From a virus (Duplodnaviria > Caudoviricetes), in IMG/VR virus record IMGVR_UViG_3300029913_000012, positions 8,322 to 72,321 of that record: a DNA stretch of 64,000 nucleotides; one strand, given 5' to 3'. The first letter of the stretch is position 1, and every line of letters starts with the position of its first letter. Made by a program: the position numbers and the translations under genes. This document shows positions 19,906-29,520 of the stretch, one piece after another. The notes below the pieces were generated by a model. It was not told the origin of the DNA. It saw nothing but the letters and a program-made list of their open reading frames with translations, and made no database searches.

Positions 19906-20472
19906 TTATTTTTTTATATCAATTAATACAATTGATAATTTTAAACCTGATGGATAAATAGAATTATCACCGTTTAAAATATTAGACGGAATTTCAATTT
20001 TTTTATTTAGTATTTCTTCGAATATTTCGTTTTTTATACATGGATAATCATATGTTATTATTAATCTACCGTCATCATTAACTTGTTCTAATAAATTATT
20101 AAATGCTATTTTAGCATCATCAATACCTGGTAAATGTTCTAATGTGGATATACATAGAACTACATCATATTTATTTTTATTTTTAGATAGTATATTATAA
20201 TTAAAATAATTTTTAAATTTTTCTTTATTTAAATTAATATCAACAATATCTGAATTAAATACATTGCTACTTAAATTATTTAATGAGTTAGCAAACTGTA
20301 TATGCAATTCTTCGTTACCACAACTAGTATTATGTACACTATATTCACTATTAATATTATCTTTTAATGCTGATAATACATAACCCCATTCATACGGTCT
20401 TGACCAATTTATAAAATTTTTATCAATAAAACTTTCATTTTTATCAATAAATCTAAAATTAACTATTTCCAT
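19906..20472 (-). CDS. Class I SAM-dependent methyltransferase-like protein
   Basis: WSRPYEW, YDVVLCISTLEHL, GRLIITYD. Confidence 0.7.
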   Translation of the reverse strand: MEIVNFRFIDKNESFIDKNFINWSRPYEWGYVLSALKDNINSEYSVHNTSCGNEELHIQFANSLNNLSSNVFNSDIVDINLNKEKFKNYFNYNILSKNKNKYDVVLCISTLEHLPGIDDAKIAFNNLLEQVNDDGRLIITYDYPCIKNEIFEEILNKKIEIPSNILNGDNSIYPSGLKLSIVLIDIKK

Positions 20473-20474
20473 AC

Positions 20475-21470
20475 TTATTTAATTTTTTTTAATATTTCTA
20501 ATATTTTATCAGAACTATATCCGTCCCCATATGGACAATTATTGTTTACTTTATAATTAAAAATATGATTTTTAAAAATAGAATTTAAATCTTTTGGAGT
20601 ATCACATAAAAAACTATTTGTTCCAATTGTTTCTGGTCTTTCTGTTATTTTTCTACACACAATTATTTTTTTGTTGAAATAAGATGCCTCTTCTTGTAAA
20701 CCACCACTATCTGATATAATTAATTTGCAATTAGAAATATAATCTATCATTTCGTCATGATTAATAGGCTCGACAATATTTACATTTGAATTTTTAAAAA
20801 TATTATAATGTGATGATACATATGGATTTGGATGTTTGAACAATATAAAATTTAAGTTTTTATATTGCTCTGATATTTCTTTTATAGCTAAAAACCAATC
20901 ATTAATAATTATATGATTTTCTCTTCTATGTAAAGTAATTAAAATATTATCGTTATATGATATCGATTTAAATTTAACTAAACTATCTATTATTGTATTA
21001 CCAACAACATATATTTCACCCTTTACTTTCTCATTAATTAAATTATTTTTATTTTCATTTGTAGGGCAAAAATTAATATCAGATATTCTTGATATCATTT
21101 GTCTATATGCTTCTTCAGGATATGGATTTTCTATATCATATGTTCTCAATCCTGCTTCGAGATGTATTATTTTTTTATTATTATTAAATGAACTAAGTGC
21201 AATTGCATATGCAGTAGCTGTATCACCTTGAATCAATACGTGAGAAAAATTGTAATTTTTAAAATTCATTAAAATCGAACATATAATATTATTTAATCTA
21301 TTTTCTGAATTATAATCAATACATATATTATAATCATAATCAAATTTTCCAATATCTTCTTGTTGTCCAGTGAATAAAATTTTATAATCTATAATACCTT
21401 TAATCTTAACTATAATAGGTTTAATTTTTATCCATTCAGGTCTTGTGCCATAACATATTAAAAGTCTCAT
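20475..21470 (-). CDS. wecB: UDP-N-acetylglucosamine 2-epimerase (non-hydrolysing)
   Basis: GTRPEWIK, TGQ, QGDT, HLEAGLRT, PEEAYR, GNTIID, TLHRREN, DSGGLQEEA, TERPE, PYGDG. Confidence 0.95.
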   Translation of the reverse strand: MRLLICYGTRPEWIKIKPIIVKIKGIIDYKILFTGQQEDIGKFDYDYNICIDYNSENRLNNIICSILMNFKNYNFSHVLIQGDTATAYAIALSSFNNNKKIIHLEAGLRTYDIENPYPEEAYRQMISRISDINFCPTNENKNNLINEKVKGEIYVVGNTIIDSLVKFKSISYNDNILITLHRRENHIIINDWFLAIKEISEQYKNLNFILFKHPNPYVSSHYNIFKNSNVNIVEPINHDEMIDYISNCKLIISDSGGLQEEASYFNKKIIVCRKITERPETIGTNSFLCDTPKDLNSIFKNHIFNYKVNNNCPYGDGYSSDKILEILKKIK

Positions 21471-21502
21471 TTAGTATTTTTATTTTTTATATAACTTATT
21501 TA

Positions 21503-22093
21503 TCATCTAAAAATTTCAATTGCTATCATTGATCTACCTTCAAGATAATATAAATTAGCATCATTATTAATAATATATTTTTTACATATATTAAATAATG
21601 TATATGCTGAAAACCAATACTTATGATCAGGATGCACCAATTCATGAAAATATTCATTATCATAAAACATGTTTTTAGAATATATTTCACAATTAGGTAC
21701 TGTTATAAAATAACATTTAGATTTAATTGAAAACATATCATCTAAAAATAATTTAGCATTATCAACATGCTCTAATACTTCTGGAATTAAAACTAAATCG
21801 TATGTTATATCATTAAACTCATCTAAATGACTATAATAATTTCCTTTTTTAGCATCTTTTTTTAATATATTTAAACTTTCAGAGTTTAAATCATATCCAT
21901 CAACGTTTAATCCAGAGTTTAATAATTTTATATGTAAGTTTGATAATGGATCATATGCCATATAATCTGCACAACCAACATGTAAAATATTTTTATTTTT
22001 AAATTTTTCAATAAAAAAATGTGTTCTATCAATTTTAATTTCTTCTACTTTTAAAATTTGATTAAAAAAATTTGGATTCTTATAATCTATCAT
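21503..22093 (-). CDS. SAM-dependent methyltransferase
   Basis: ILHVGCAD motif I, YDLVLIPEVLEHV, ITVPN, VHPDH. Confidence 0.8.
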   Translation of the reverse strand: MIDYKNPNFFNQILKVEEIKIDRTHFFIEKFKNKNILHVGCADYMAYDPLSNLHIKLLNSGLNVDGYDLNSESLNILKKDAKKGNYYSHLDEFNDITYDLVLIPEVLEHVDNAKLFLDDMFSIKSKCYFITVPNCEIYSKNMFYDNEYFHELVHPDHKYWFSAYTLFNICKKYIINNDANLYYLEGRSMIAIEIFR

Positions 22094-22104
22094 ATTACTT
22101 TTTT

Positions 22105-22791
22105 TTAATTTCTCATCTCAGCATGATCTTTATCTAATGCTAATATTAATTTTTTGTATGGTATATTCCAATTTTCAGGATAACAATAATCACAGTCTAA
22201 CTCTTTGTATAAATCTGGATTGGATATTAAATATTTATTCCAATGTGATTCATCATGCCAAATAGCTATTATATCTTTACTCATATCATCTAATATATTA
22301 TTTGATAGAATTTTACATGCAGTTAAATATGCATCTTTTTTGCCACCTTGAACACCTCCACAATGATATACATAATGACTATAATCTACATATGCATTAG
22401 ATTTAATACGTCTTTCAAAAGATTGTAACAAATCTCTTCTATATCCTGGGTGTATTACAGCAATTAGATCTTTATCACCTGGTAAGAATTCATCTCCAAT
22501 ATAATCATTTATTAACATATCAGCATCTAAATAATATAATATATCAATGTCTTTATATTTTTCTGAATTTTTATTAAAAATTTCAAATCTTTTTAATGTT
22601 GGCATAGGCCAAGACATATGTTCTTGATATATTTTAATTACATTATCAGATACCTCATGATCCATTATGTTAGTAAAACAAAAAATTGTTTTTTTATGAT
22701 CATTTAAAAGATATTTATTTATAGAATCTACCAAAGGATTCAAAAATTTAATATATTTATTCGTTGCTATTACTAAAAATCCAATATTCAT
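22105..22791 (-). CDS. Glycosyltransferase family 6 (ABO/alpha-1,3-Gal(NAc) transferase-like)
   Basis: IATNKY, WPMPTLKRF, LDADM, HPGY, FERR..S.AY, GGVQGG, AIWHDESHWNKY. Confidence 0.9.
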   Translation of the reverse strand: MNIGFLVIATNKYIKFLNPLVDSINKYLLNDHKKTIFCFTNIMDHEVSDNVIKIYQEHMSWPMPTLKRFEIFNKNSEKYKDIDILYYLDADMLINDYIGDEFLPGDKDLIAVIHPGYRRDLLQSFERRIKSNAYVDYSHYVYHCGGVQGGKKDAYLTACKILSNNILDDMSKDIIAIWHDESHWNKYLISNPDLYKELDCDYCYPENWNIPYKKLILALDKDHAEMRN

Positions 22792-22800
22792 ATATTTTAT

Positions 22801-23460
22801 TTATTTTATCATACTTCTATGCTGTAAATTAGGATTATCATTCTCATCAAAACTTTCTCCTACAAATTGTTGTCCTATTCTTTTATATGGAAATATTAAT
22901 CTATTTTTATTAAATGTAAAAAATTCATCGTGTACCATACAATCATTATTAATTAAAGAATATACTATATCTCTTAAAAAATTTTGATCTACTTGCCAAA
23001 ATTCACCTTTTGAATATTCGTCAATAAGAGTTTTCATATTGCTCAAAACTGGATACTTAACACCCCACATACCTCCTAAAATTACAGCAGTATGCCAAGG
23101 ATGATCTCTCATTATATGAAATGTCTTAGAACTTTTCATCCATTGATCAACTGCATACTTCTCCCTTAAATTTAATCTTGAATCGCAATCACGACTTATC
23201 ATAACTTCAACGTCACTATCACTAGCAGGTAAAAATCTCCAAAACATTCCTGACCAATTTCCTAATTCATTCATAATTATAACTTCACAATTTTGTATTT
23301 CTTTTAATTGATCTATTATATTAGATGGTACACTTTTTCCACAATAAAATCTTGAAATCCATCCTGGATATATCTGATTTGTTAATTTTGCATTTTTTAT
23401 AGCACCTATACAATATTTAGGATCATCCCCCCATAAACTAAATGATATAATCTTTTTCAT
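22801..23460 (-). CDS. Putative glycosyltransferase (GT-A-like, ISFSLWG family)
   Basis: KKIISFSLWG, GMFWRF, ISRDCDSR, FHIMRDHPWH, ILGGMWG, DQNFL. Confidence 0.65.
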   Translation of the reverse strand: MKKIISFSLWGDDPKYCIGAIKNAKLTNQIYPGWISRFYCGKSVPSNIIDQLKEIQNCEVIIMNELGNWSGMFWRFLPASDSDVEVMISRDCDSRLNLREKYAVDQWMKSSKTFHIMRDHPWHTAVILGGMWGVKYPVLSNMKTLIDEYSKGEFWQVDQNFLRDIVYSLINNDCMVHDEFFTFNKNRLIFPYKRIGQQFVGESFDENDNPNLQHRSMIK

Positions 23461-24128
23461 TTTAATCCAAATTTATTTTTTTGCCTTAATTGAAAGAAAT
23501 TGTAGTCTAATTGATAATATTTATTATTTTTAGCATATAATTCATCAAATTGATCTCTAAATTCAGGTATATCAGGATGCTCATGTTTTATAATTGTTTG
23601 TTCTATAAAAGTTTGCTTATTTAATTTATTAGCAACTTTTGTAAATTCATCATCACAATAAAAACTACGATATCCTCTATGATAAATATAACCAAATCTA
23701 TCATAGTATTTTTTACCTAATATACAAAGTGTATTTAAATCTCTTCTATTTCCATCATAAAACCATAATACACCATCAGTATCTGGATAATATTTTTTCA
23801 TATTATCTCGTATTATATCATCATATCCTTTGATTTGAGGTATCATATCATCAGATGCTAGTAATACTATATTCCAATCTTTCATTTCATCTATATCAGA
23901 ATTACATGCTTCTATTTTATATTCAGAATTACCTATAAATACTACTAAATTTTCATAATTATCTAATTTTGAAAGAATTTCTTCATTATTCATAGTTAAA
24001 TCATCCTCATCTATTGAAATACAAAAATCAGTCAAATCTATATTATTTAAATTTTTATAATATAAATCTAAAACTTCAAAAAATTTTTTTGATCTATTTC
24101 TAGTCGGAAATTTAATCAACAGTCTCAT
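23457..24128 (-). CDS. GT2-like glycosyltransferase
   Basis: KFPTRNR, LASDDMIP, YCDDEF, IIKHEH. Confidence 0.75.
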   Translation of the reverse strand: MRLLIKFPTRNRSKKFFEVLDLYYKNLNNIDLTDFCISIDEDDLTMNNEEILSKLDNYENLVVFIGNSEYKIEACNSDIDEMKDWNIVLLASDDMIPQIKGYDDIIRDNMKKYYPDTDGVLWFYDGNRRDLNTLCILGKKYYDRFGYIYHRGYRSFYCDDEFTKVANKLNKQTFIEQTIIKHEHPDIPEFRDQFDELYAKNNKYYQLDYNFFQLRQKNKFGLK

Positions 24129-24939
24129 TAATATTAATATTATTTTTTATAAATTTTATATCTATTTCTTGATGACAAGAACTATTTAAAATACCTTTAA
24201 AATTATCTAAATCAATTACATAATCATCTAAAAATTTATCATTTATAAAATCTGCTGATATATTTCCATGCACATTTTTAAATATATTTTGTACCCTATT
24301 TAATGGATTGTTTACTATTATCGAATTTTCAAAGCAAATTATTTTTGATCTATTTAATGTATATCCAGCTAAAACACTTTCATATGTATTTGGATTATTA
24401 AATGCTATTTCTGATGTGAGAGGTAATATATCACTTGTTCTAAAAAAATGACCGTCCAAAGACATAGGATAGCCAAAATCTCCTTGCTCTCTATACCATT
24501 TGAATGTTAAATCTGAATTAAAATGTGGAGCTGTCGTTCTTATCTTTAATGAATAACAATAAGTTAAATATGGATGTATTCTTAATGATAAAGTTAAGAT
24601 GTCATCATTCATAGTAAATAATTTAAATTGTTTACAATTTAAAGTAAATGGCATTTTAAATACATCATCATCAACAAAAAATATAGAGTGAGAATTTTCT
24701 GGATTTAATAAATTTATAACGTGACTTTTAAATTTATCTGTTTCTTTTATATAATTTATATTACTATCATTATGAATTGTAAATAATTTATCATATCCTT
24801 TTTTAAAATCATTATTAGAATACGTATAAAGAATATTAATCATATTCTGATTAAATTCTTTAAAATATAATTTCATAGAACGAAGTAATAATTCCAATTG
24901 TGCGGGACGGTCTTTACTAAATAATATAATATTTATCAT
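24112..24939 (-). CDS. GT-A fold glycosyltransferase-like protein
   Basis: FSKDRPAQL, FFVDDDVF, SLRI, YPMSLDGH, NPN.YE. Confidence 0.7.
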   Translation of the reverse strand: MINIILFSKDRPAQLELLLRSMKLYFKEFNQNMINILYTYSNNDFKKGYDKLFTIHNDSNINYIKETDKFKSHVINLLNPENSHSIFFVDDDVFKMPFTLNCKQFKLFTMNDDILTLSLRIHPYLTYCYSLKIRTTAPHFNSDLTFKWYREQGDFGYPMSLDGHFFRTSDILPLTSEIAFNNPNTYESVLAGYTLNRSKIICFENSIIVNNPLNRVQNIFKNVHGNISADFINDKFLDDYVIDLDNFKGILNSSCHQEIDIKFIKNNININETVD

Positions 24940-24944
24940 AAATA

Positions 24945-24972
24945 ATTATACTTTAAAGATATTAAAAAGTTT
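24945..24972 (-). promoter_or_regulatory. AAAC-N18-TATAAT promoter heading the glycosylation operon
   Basis: Minus strand AAAC tttttaatatctttaaag TATAAT, 5 nt before the ATG. Confidence 0.55.
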
Positions 24973-24978
24973 AATTTT

Positions 24979-25356
24979 TTATTTAAATCCAGAAACTTTA
25001 GTTCTATCACCTATTCTTAATGTTGGCGCTTCAATTGATCTTGGATCAAATGCTATATCATTTTTATGTAATGAATCTAATAATGTGGATATTATTGAAG
25101 ATGCTTCCCATTTATTATATGATATAATTTTTATTTTTAACTCTTGGGCATTAGATACATGTTTTAAAGAAAAATCATTATATGGAATATTATATTTTGA
25201 TAATATATTATTCTTAATTATTTCTTCATTTTTAGAATCATATTCTATATCTACAGTAAATTCATATTCATCAGTTGGCTCACTAGTTTTAAATCCAGCA
25301 GAAGCATATGTTCCAGTGTAAAATTCATTTAAAAAATTATCAAATTTAGTTACCAT
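24979..25356 (-). CDS. CTS-leader protein
   Basis: MVTKFDNFLNEF. Confidence 0.65.
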   Translation of the reverse strand: MVTKFDNFLNEFYTGTYASAGFKTSEPTDEYEFTVDIEYDSKNEEIIKNNILSKYNIPYNDFSLKHVSNAQELKIKIISYNKWEASSIISTLLDSLHKNDIAFDPRSIEAPTLRIGDRTKVSGFK

Positions 25357-25394
25357 GTTTCATTTTATTTTTATAAGGTTATATATAAAAACGA

Positions 25395-27377
25395 TTATCT
25401 ATTTTTTGGATAATTAAATATTTTATTTGTAGATTCAAATTTTTTTCTCAATTTTTTTGTTTCTCTATTATCGAAACCTAATATATAAATATATTTATGT
25501 TTTTGATTTATGATTCTAATATGACATTTTTTTATTGATTCTATTGAATAATTTTTCATTATTTCTGCAATATTATTTGGAATTTTTTCCCATAAAATTT
25601 TTGTTTTTTTATTCCATTCATCTTGCCATATAATATTAATAGTTTTTAAATAAGATTTGTAGAAATTTAATTTTCTAAATCCTCTACTATTAACCCAACC
25701 TTTATTTATATTATCAGGATCAAAATATAATTTAGTTGATCCAAAATTATTACCAAGATAGTAAAAATTACAAGCTTGATAAATTGTACCAAGTTCTTTT
25801 GCTTCAGTGTCAGCATAAGCTTCAAATAATCTAAATTCTGTATTTTTAACCATCCATTTAATTGACCACATAATTAATGAACTAGCTAAATTCTTTGGTG
25901 TCCAAGATGCACATGCTCCTCTACTTATCAATTTTTCTATACTTGATGTATCATCACCTAATATATTGGAAAATGCATTTGGAGTAGACATAACAATTGC
26001 TCCAGCCATTATACCTTTATATGTTGCTATAAATCTATGAGTAGGTCTATTTGGCATTTTACCAAGCCATTCATATTTTTTTATAAAATCAACAATATCT
26101 GTTGTTCTTATATCATCTTTATCTATAAATTCAAAATTAAAATCAGAAACTTTAAGATTTTTATAGTCAAAATTTATTTTTATAATATCATCTTTTAATG
26201 TATTTAATCTAATGTCATATTGCCAACAATGTTCTTTATTGTATGTTATTGATTCTATTATCTTATTGAATATTTCATAATTTTTATTCACTATAAAAAT
26301 AAAATTATATCCTTGTTCTTTACATGCTAATTGTTTTGCAATGTTCTTATCTTTATGCTTATCATACCAATAAGATGATTTTATTTCTATTATCAAATTT
26401 AATTTATCATTATAAAAATCAGGAAAATATATACATTCTTTATTATTAAAAATATATTTTATTGAATTTCCTCTTTTTATTTTAATTAAATCAAAATACC
26501 TATCTAAAAAATCTAATTCATATTCTCCTTGATAATAAATATCAGTTTCTTTAAATTTATAAATACGTAATCCATTTTTTAACATTTTTTGATATATATC
26601 ATCATTTTGTGCTGGATAATATACTCCATATTTTTCAAAAATTATATTAGATAATTTTTGCTTTATTAATTCATTTTGCATCGGATTTTCAAAACCATAT
26701 TTATCTAAACAAGTTTCTTTATATTTATCTCTGTTATTATAATTTTCATCATTATATTTATCTTTTTTTATATTAGATATTTTATCTTTAATAAATTTAG
26801 ATTCAAATGGAGATTTCGCTTGATATCGTTCTATGCAAGTATCTTCTACTTTTTTCTTTATTATATCATTTTTTAAAGGTGAATCTACACCATACCTATT
26901 CATTAATGTTAGTTTAGATTTTTCTTTAAATTCATCAGTAGACATATATTCATCAGTACCATATCTTTCATTCGTTGTAAACCTTACTTTATTTTTAATA
27001 TCAATATTTTGCATGGAATATTCAAATCCATATTTTTCTAAATTTGTCTTTTTTATTTTATCCTTAAACTCTTCTAATTTTAATGGATGATCTACACCAT
27101 ATCTAATGATATTTGTTTCTTTACACCTAATTCCTGAGCATTTTTTACAATGATAAATATTATCAGTTTCTATATTTCGTAAATATGAAAAATAAGAAAT
27201 ATTGTTTTTTTCTTCACATTTATCACATAATACATCAATTTTAGTTTTTGATGTTTTAGGTAATTCATTAACATTAATAATTATAATATCGCCAGATTTT
27301 ACGTCATATCCTAAATTTTTATAATAAGTAATGTTCTTATTTGTAGTCTTTATTTCTATTTTTTTAGTTATTATCAT
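25395..27377 (-). CDS. Homing endonuclease (PD-(D/E)XK) fused to Mom-like GNAT domain
   Basis: KYG repeats; YFPDFY...IIEIKS nuclease; C-terminal FIKKYEWLG, ISRGAC.SW.PKN.AS, AYADTEAKELGTIYQACNFYYLG resembling Mom family SYAD....GTIYQA.N..YLG. Confidence 0.7.
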   Translation of the reverse strand: MIITKKIEIKTTNKNITYYKNLGYDVKSGDIIIINVNELPKTSKTKIDVLCDKCEEKNNISYFSYLRNIETDNIYHCKKCSGIRCKETNIIRYGVDHPLKLEEFKDKIKKTNLEKYGFEYSMQNIDIKNKVRFTTNERYGTDEYMSTDEFKEKSKLTLMNRYGVDSPLKNDIIKKKVEDTCIERYQAKSPFESKFIKDKISNIKKDKYNDENYNNRDKYKETCLDKYGFENPMQNELIKQKLSNIIFEKYGVYYPAQNDDIYQKMLKNGLRIYKFKETDIYYQGEYELDFLDRYFDLIKIKRGNSIKYIFNNKECIYFPDFYNDKLNLIIEIKSSYWYDKHKDKNIAKQLACKEQGYNFIFIVNKNYEIFNKIIESITYNKEHCWQYDIRLNTLKDDIIKINFDYKNLKVSDFNFEFIDKDDIRTTDIVDFIKKYEWLGKMPNRPTHRFIATYKGIMAGAIVMSTPNAFSNILGDDTSSIEKLISRGACASWTPKNLASSLIMWSIKWMVKNTEFRLFEAYADTEAKELGTIYQACNFYYLGNNFGSTKLYFDPDNINKGWVNSRGFRKLNFYKSYLKTINIIWQDEWNKKTKILWEKIPNNIAEIMKNYSIESIKKCHIRIINQKHKYIYILGFDNRETKKLRKKFESTNKIFNYPKNR

Positions 27378-27406
27378 ATCATATATAGTTTTAATATCAC
27401 AAAAGT

Positions 27407-28436
27407 TTATATTAATATAGTTTGTATTTTAAATTTAACATCTTCATCTGATTCATTAAAATTTAATCTTAATAAATTAATATTATTATCTTTACAATAT
27501 TCAGATTTTAAATTATCACGCAATTTTATTATTTCAAATTGTTTATCTCCACCCCAATATTCAATTGATCTAAAATGTTGTTCACCATCATATTCTATAC
27601 AAATATTATAATCTGGTAAATAAAAATCAAAATATAATAACGACTTATATTTCAAATCAGGAAAAGTTTTTTTGCCTATTATATTCTATATTTAATTCAT
27701 TCAATATATTACTTATTAATAATTCTCCTTTTGATTCTTTGCATATTGGACAACCTACTTTATTATATAAATGTTCTCCTGGTTTTTGTAAAAATATACC
27801 ATGTTTAGGACAAATAATTTTAACTTTTGTATAAGAATTAATATAATTCACTTCACTATAATTATATTTATAGTCATGCATTTTATTTGCTACGCATGGA
27901 AAAATTTTTGAATAATTTTCACGCGTAGTTAATATCATTTTATCTATACTTTCTTTGGAGTGACTGAAATCTATTTTATTTTTTACTTCATCATTTTGTA
28001 AAGGATATTTAACACCAAAATTTTTTAAATTTGTTTTTATTACTTTATTTTTATATTCATCTGTTTTTTGATAATATTCAATACCATATTTTTTTAAACA
28101 TGTTTTTTTAGATTTATCTTTTATTTCATCACTTTGAAAAACATTTTCAACTCCATATTTTTTTAAATTTGTTTCTTTTGTTTTTTCGTTTTTGCATTTG
28201 AAACAAAAATGTTTTTCAGAATTATTATTTGTTATTCTATTATAATCTTTAATTGCCATAATTTTTTCATCGCCACATACATCACAACAAATATTAATCT
28301 TTTGCTTTGATCCATGAGATAAATCAGATACATTAACTTCTATAATATCACCTGAGTGCATTAAAAGATATAATTTTTTATAATAACTTACATTTTTATT
28401 TGTTACTTTAACTGAAACAATTTTAGATAGTATCAT
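27407..28436 (-). pseudogene. Homing endonuclease split by a +1 frameshift in an A7 run
   Basis: AGGCAAAAAAACTTTTCCTGA: removing one A joins ...NRQK to TFPDLKYKSLLYFDFYLPDY..IEYDGEQH, matching intact paralog 28441..29361 (RQKSFPELKHKRLLYFDF). Confidence 0.75.
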
Positions 28437-28440
28437 ATGC

Positions 28441-29361
28441 TCATTTTATTTGTAAAAAATTTATAATATTTTCTTTTATTTCAGAATCTGATTCATTGAA
28501 TTTTAACCTTAATAAATTAATATTATTTAATTTACAATATTCATTTTTTAACAAATCTCTAAATTGTAACTCATAAAAATTATCATCGCCTCCCCAACCT
28601 ATAATAGATTTAAAATGCTGTTCACCATCATACTCAATACATGCATTATAATCAGGTAAATAAAAATCGAAATATAATAATCTTTTGTGTTTTAATTCTG
28701 GAAAAGATTTTTGCCTATCAAATTTTATATTAAATGATTTCAATATTTTGGAAACCAATAATTCACCTTTTGATTCTTTACATATTGGGCAACCTGCTTT
28801 ACTATAAATATGATCTTGAGGAGTTTGATAAAATGATCCATGTTTAGGACATATAATTTCAATTCTAGTATACGAATTAATATAATTCATATTACTATAA
28901 TCATACTTATCTCCATGAATATTTTTTGCTTTTTCTGTACATTTGTATTCTCCTAATATAGTTCCTAATCTTGTTTTTTCAATTCCACATTTTCTACATC
29001 CTGATCCTTTAATGTGTTCAGTTGGAAATTCTTTGAATTCTCCATGTATAGGACATATAATTTTAACTTTTGTTAAATAATTTTTATATATTGTTATAGA
29101 ATAATCATAAAAATTATTATGTATTTTTGATGCTTGAGTTGTGAATTCTTCTGTTGTTTTTGATTTTTTTATTTTAGAACATTCAAAACAATCATTTCCA
29201 TGTAGATGATTTTTTACAGTTTGATTAAAAATACCATGAATTGGACAAATTATGGTTATTTTTGAATTTATATCTATATAATTCATTAAAGAATAATCAA
29301 ATTTATAATTATGAACTTTATTGAATCTTTTTAATAATTCGTCTTCTGTTAATTTTTTCAT
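28441..29361 (-). CDS. Homing endonuclease-like protein, CPxHG repeats plus Vsr-like nuclease
   Basis: Paralog of 7546..8811; FDFYLPDY..IEYDGEQH. Confidence 0.8.
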   Translation of the reverse strand: MKKLTEDELLKRFNKVHNYKFDYSLMNYIDINSKITIICPIHGIFNQTVKNHLHGNDCFECSKIKKSKTTEEFTTQASKIHNNFYDYSITIYKNYLTKVKIICPIHGEFKEFPTEHIKGSGCRKCGIEKTRLGTILGEYKCTEKAKNIHGDKYDYSNMNYINSYTRIEIICPKHGSFYQTPQDHIYSKAGCPICKESKGELLVSKILKSFNIKFDRQKSFPELKHKRLLYFDFYLPDYNACIEYDGEQHFKSIIGWGGDDNFYELQFRDLLKNEYCKLNNINLLRLKFNESDSEIKENIINFLQIK

Positions 29362-29465
29362 TAAATTAATATTTTATATAGTATAGTATAGTATTTAATA
29401 TCACAAAAGTTTATATTATTTCAATAAATAATTTTTTATTGTATCAGGTATTAAATTATCATATT

Positions 29466-29495
29466 AAAAAAGAGAGAATAAATTCTCTCTTTTTT
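29466..29495. terminator. Intrinsic terminator after major capsid gene
   Basis: AAAAAAGAGAGAAT-AA-ATTCTCTCTTTTTT. Confidence 0.8.
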
Positions 29496-29520
29496 AAATA
29501 TTATACTAAATACCTAACTA

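Noticed and set aside
25395-29361. HEG cluster as group I intron-encoded ORFs
   Set aside because: Flanking genes are uninterrupted and the spacers are too short and AT-rich for a ribozyme core
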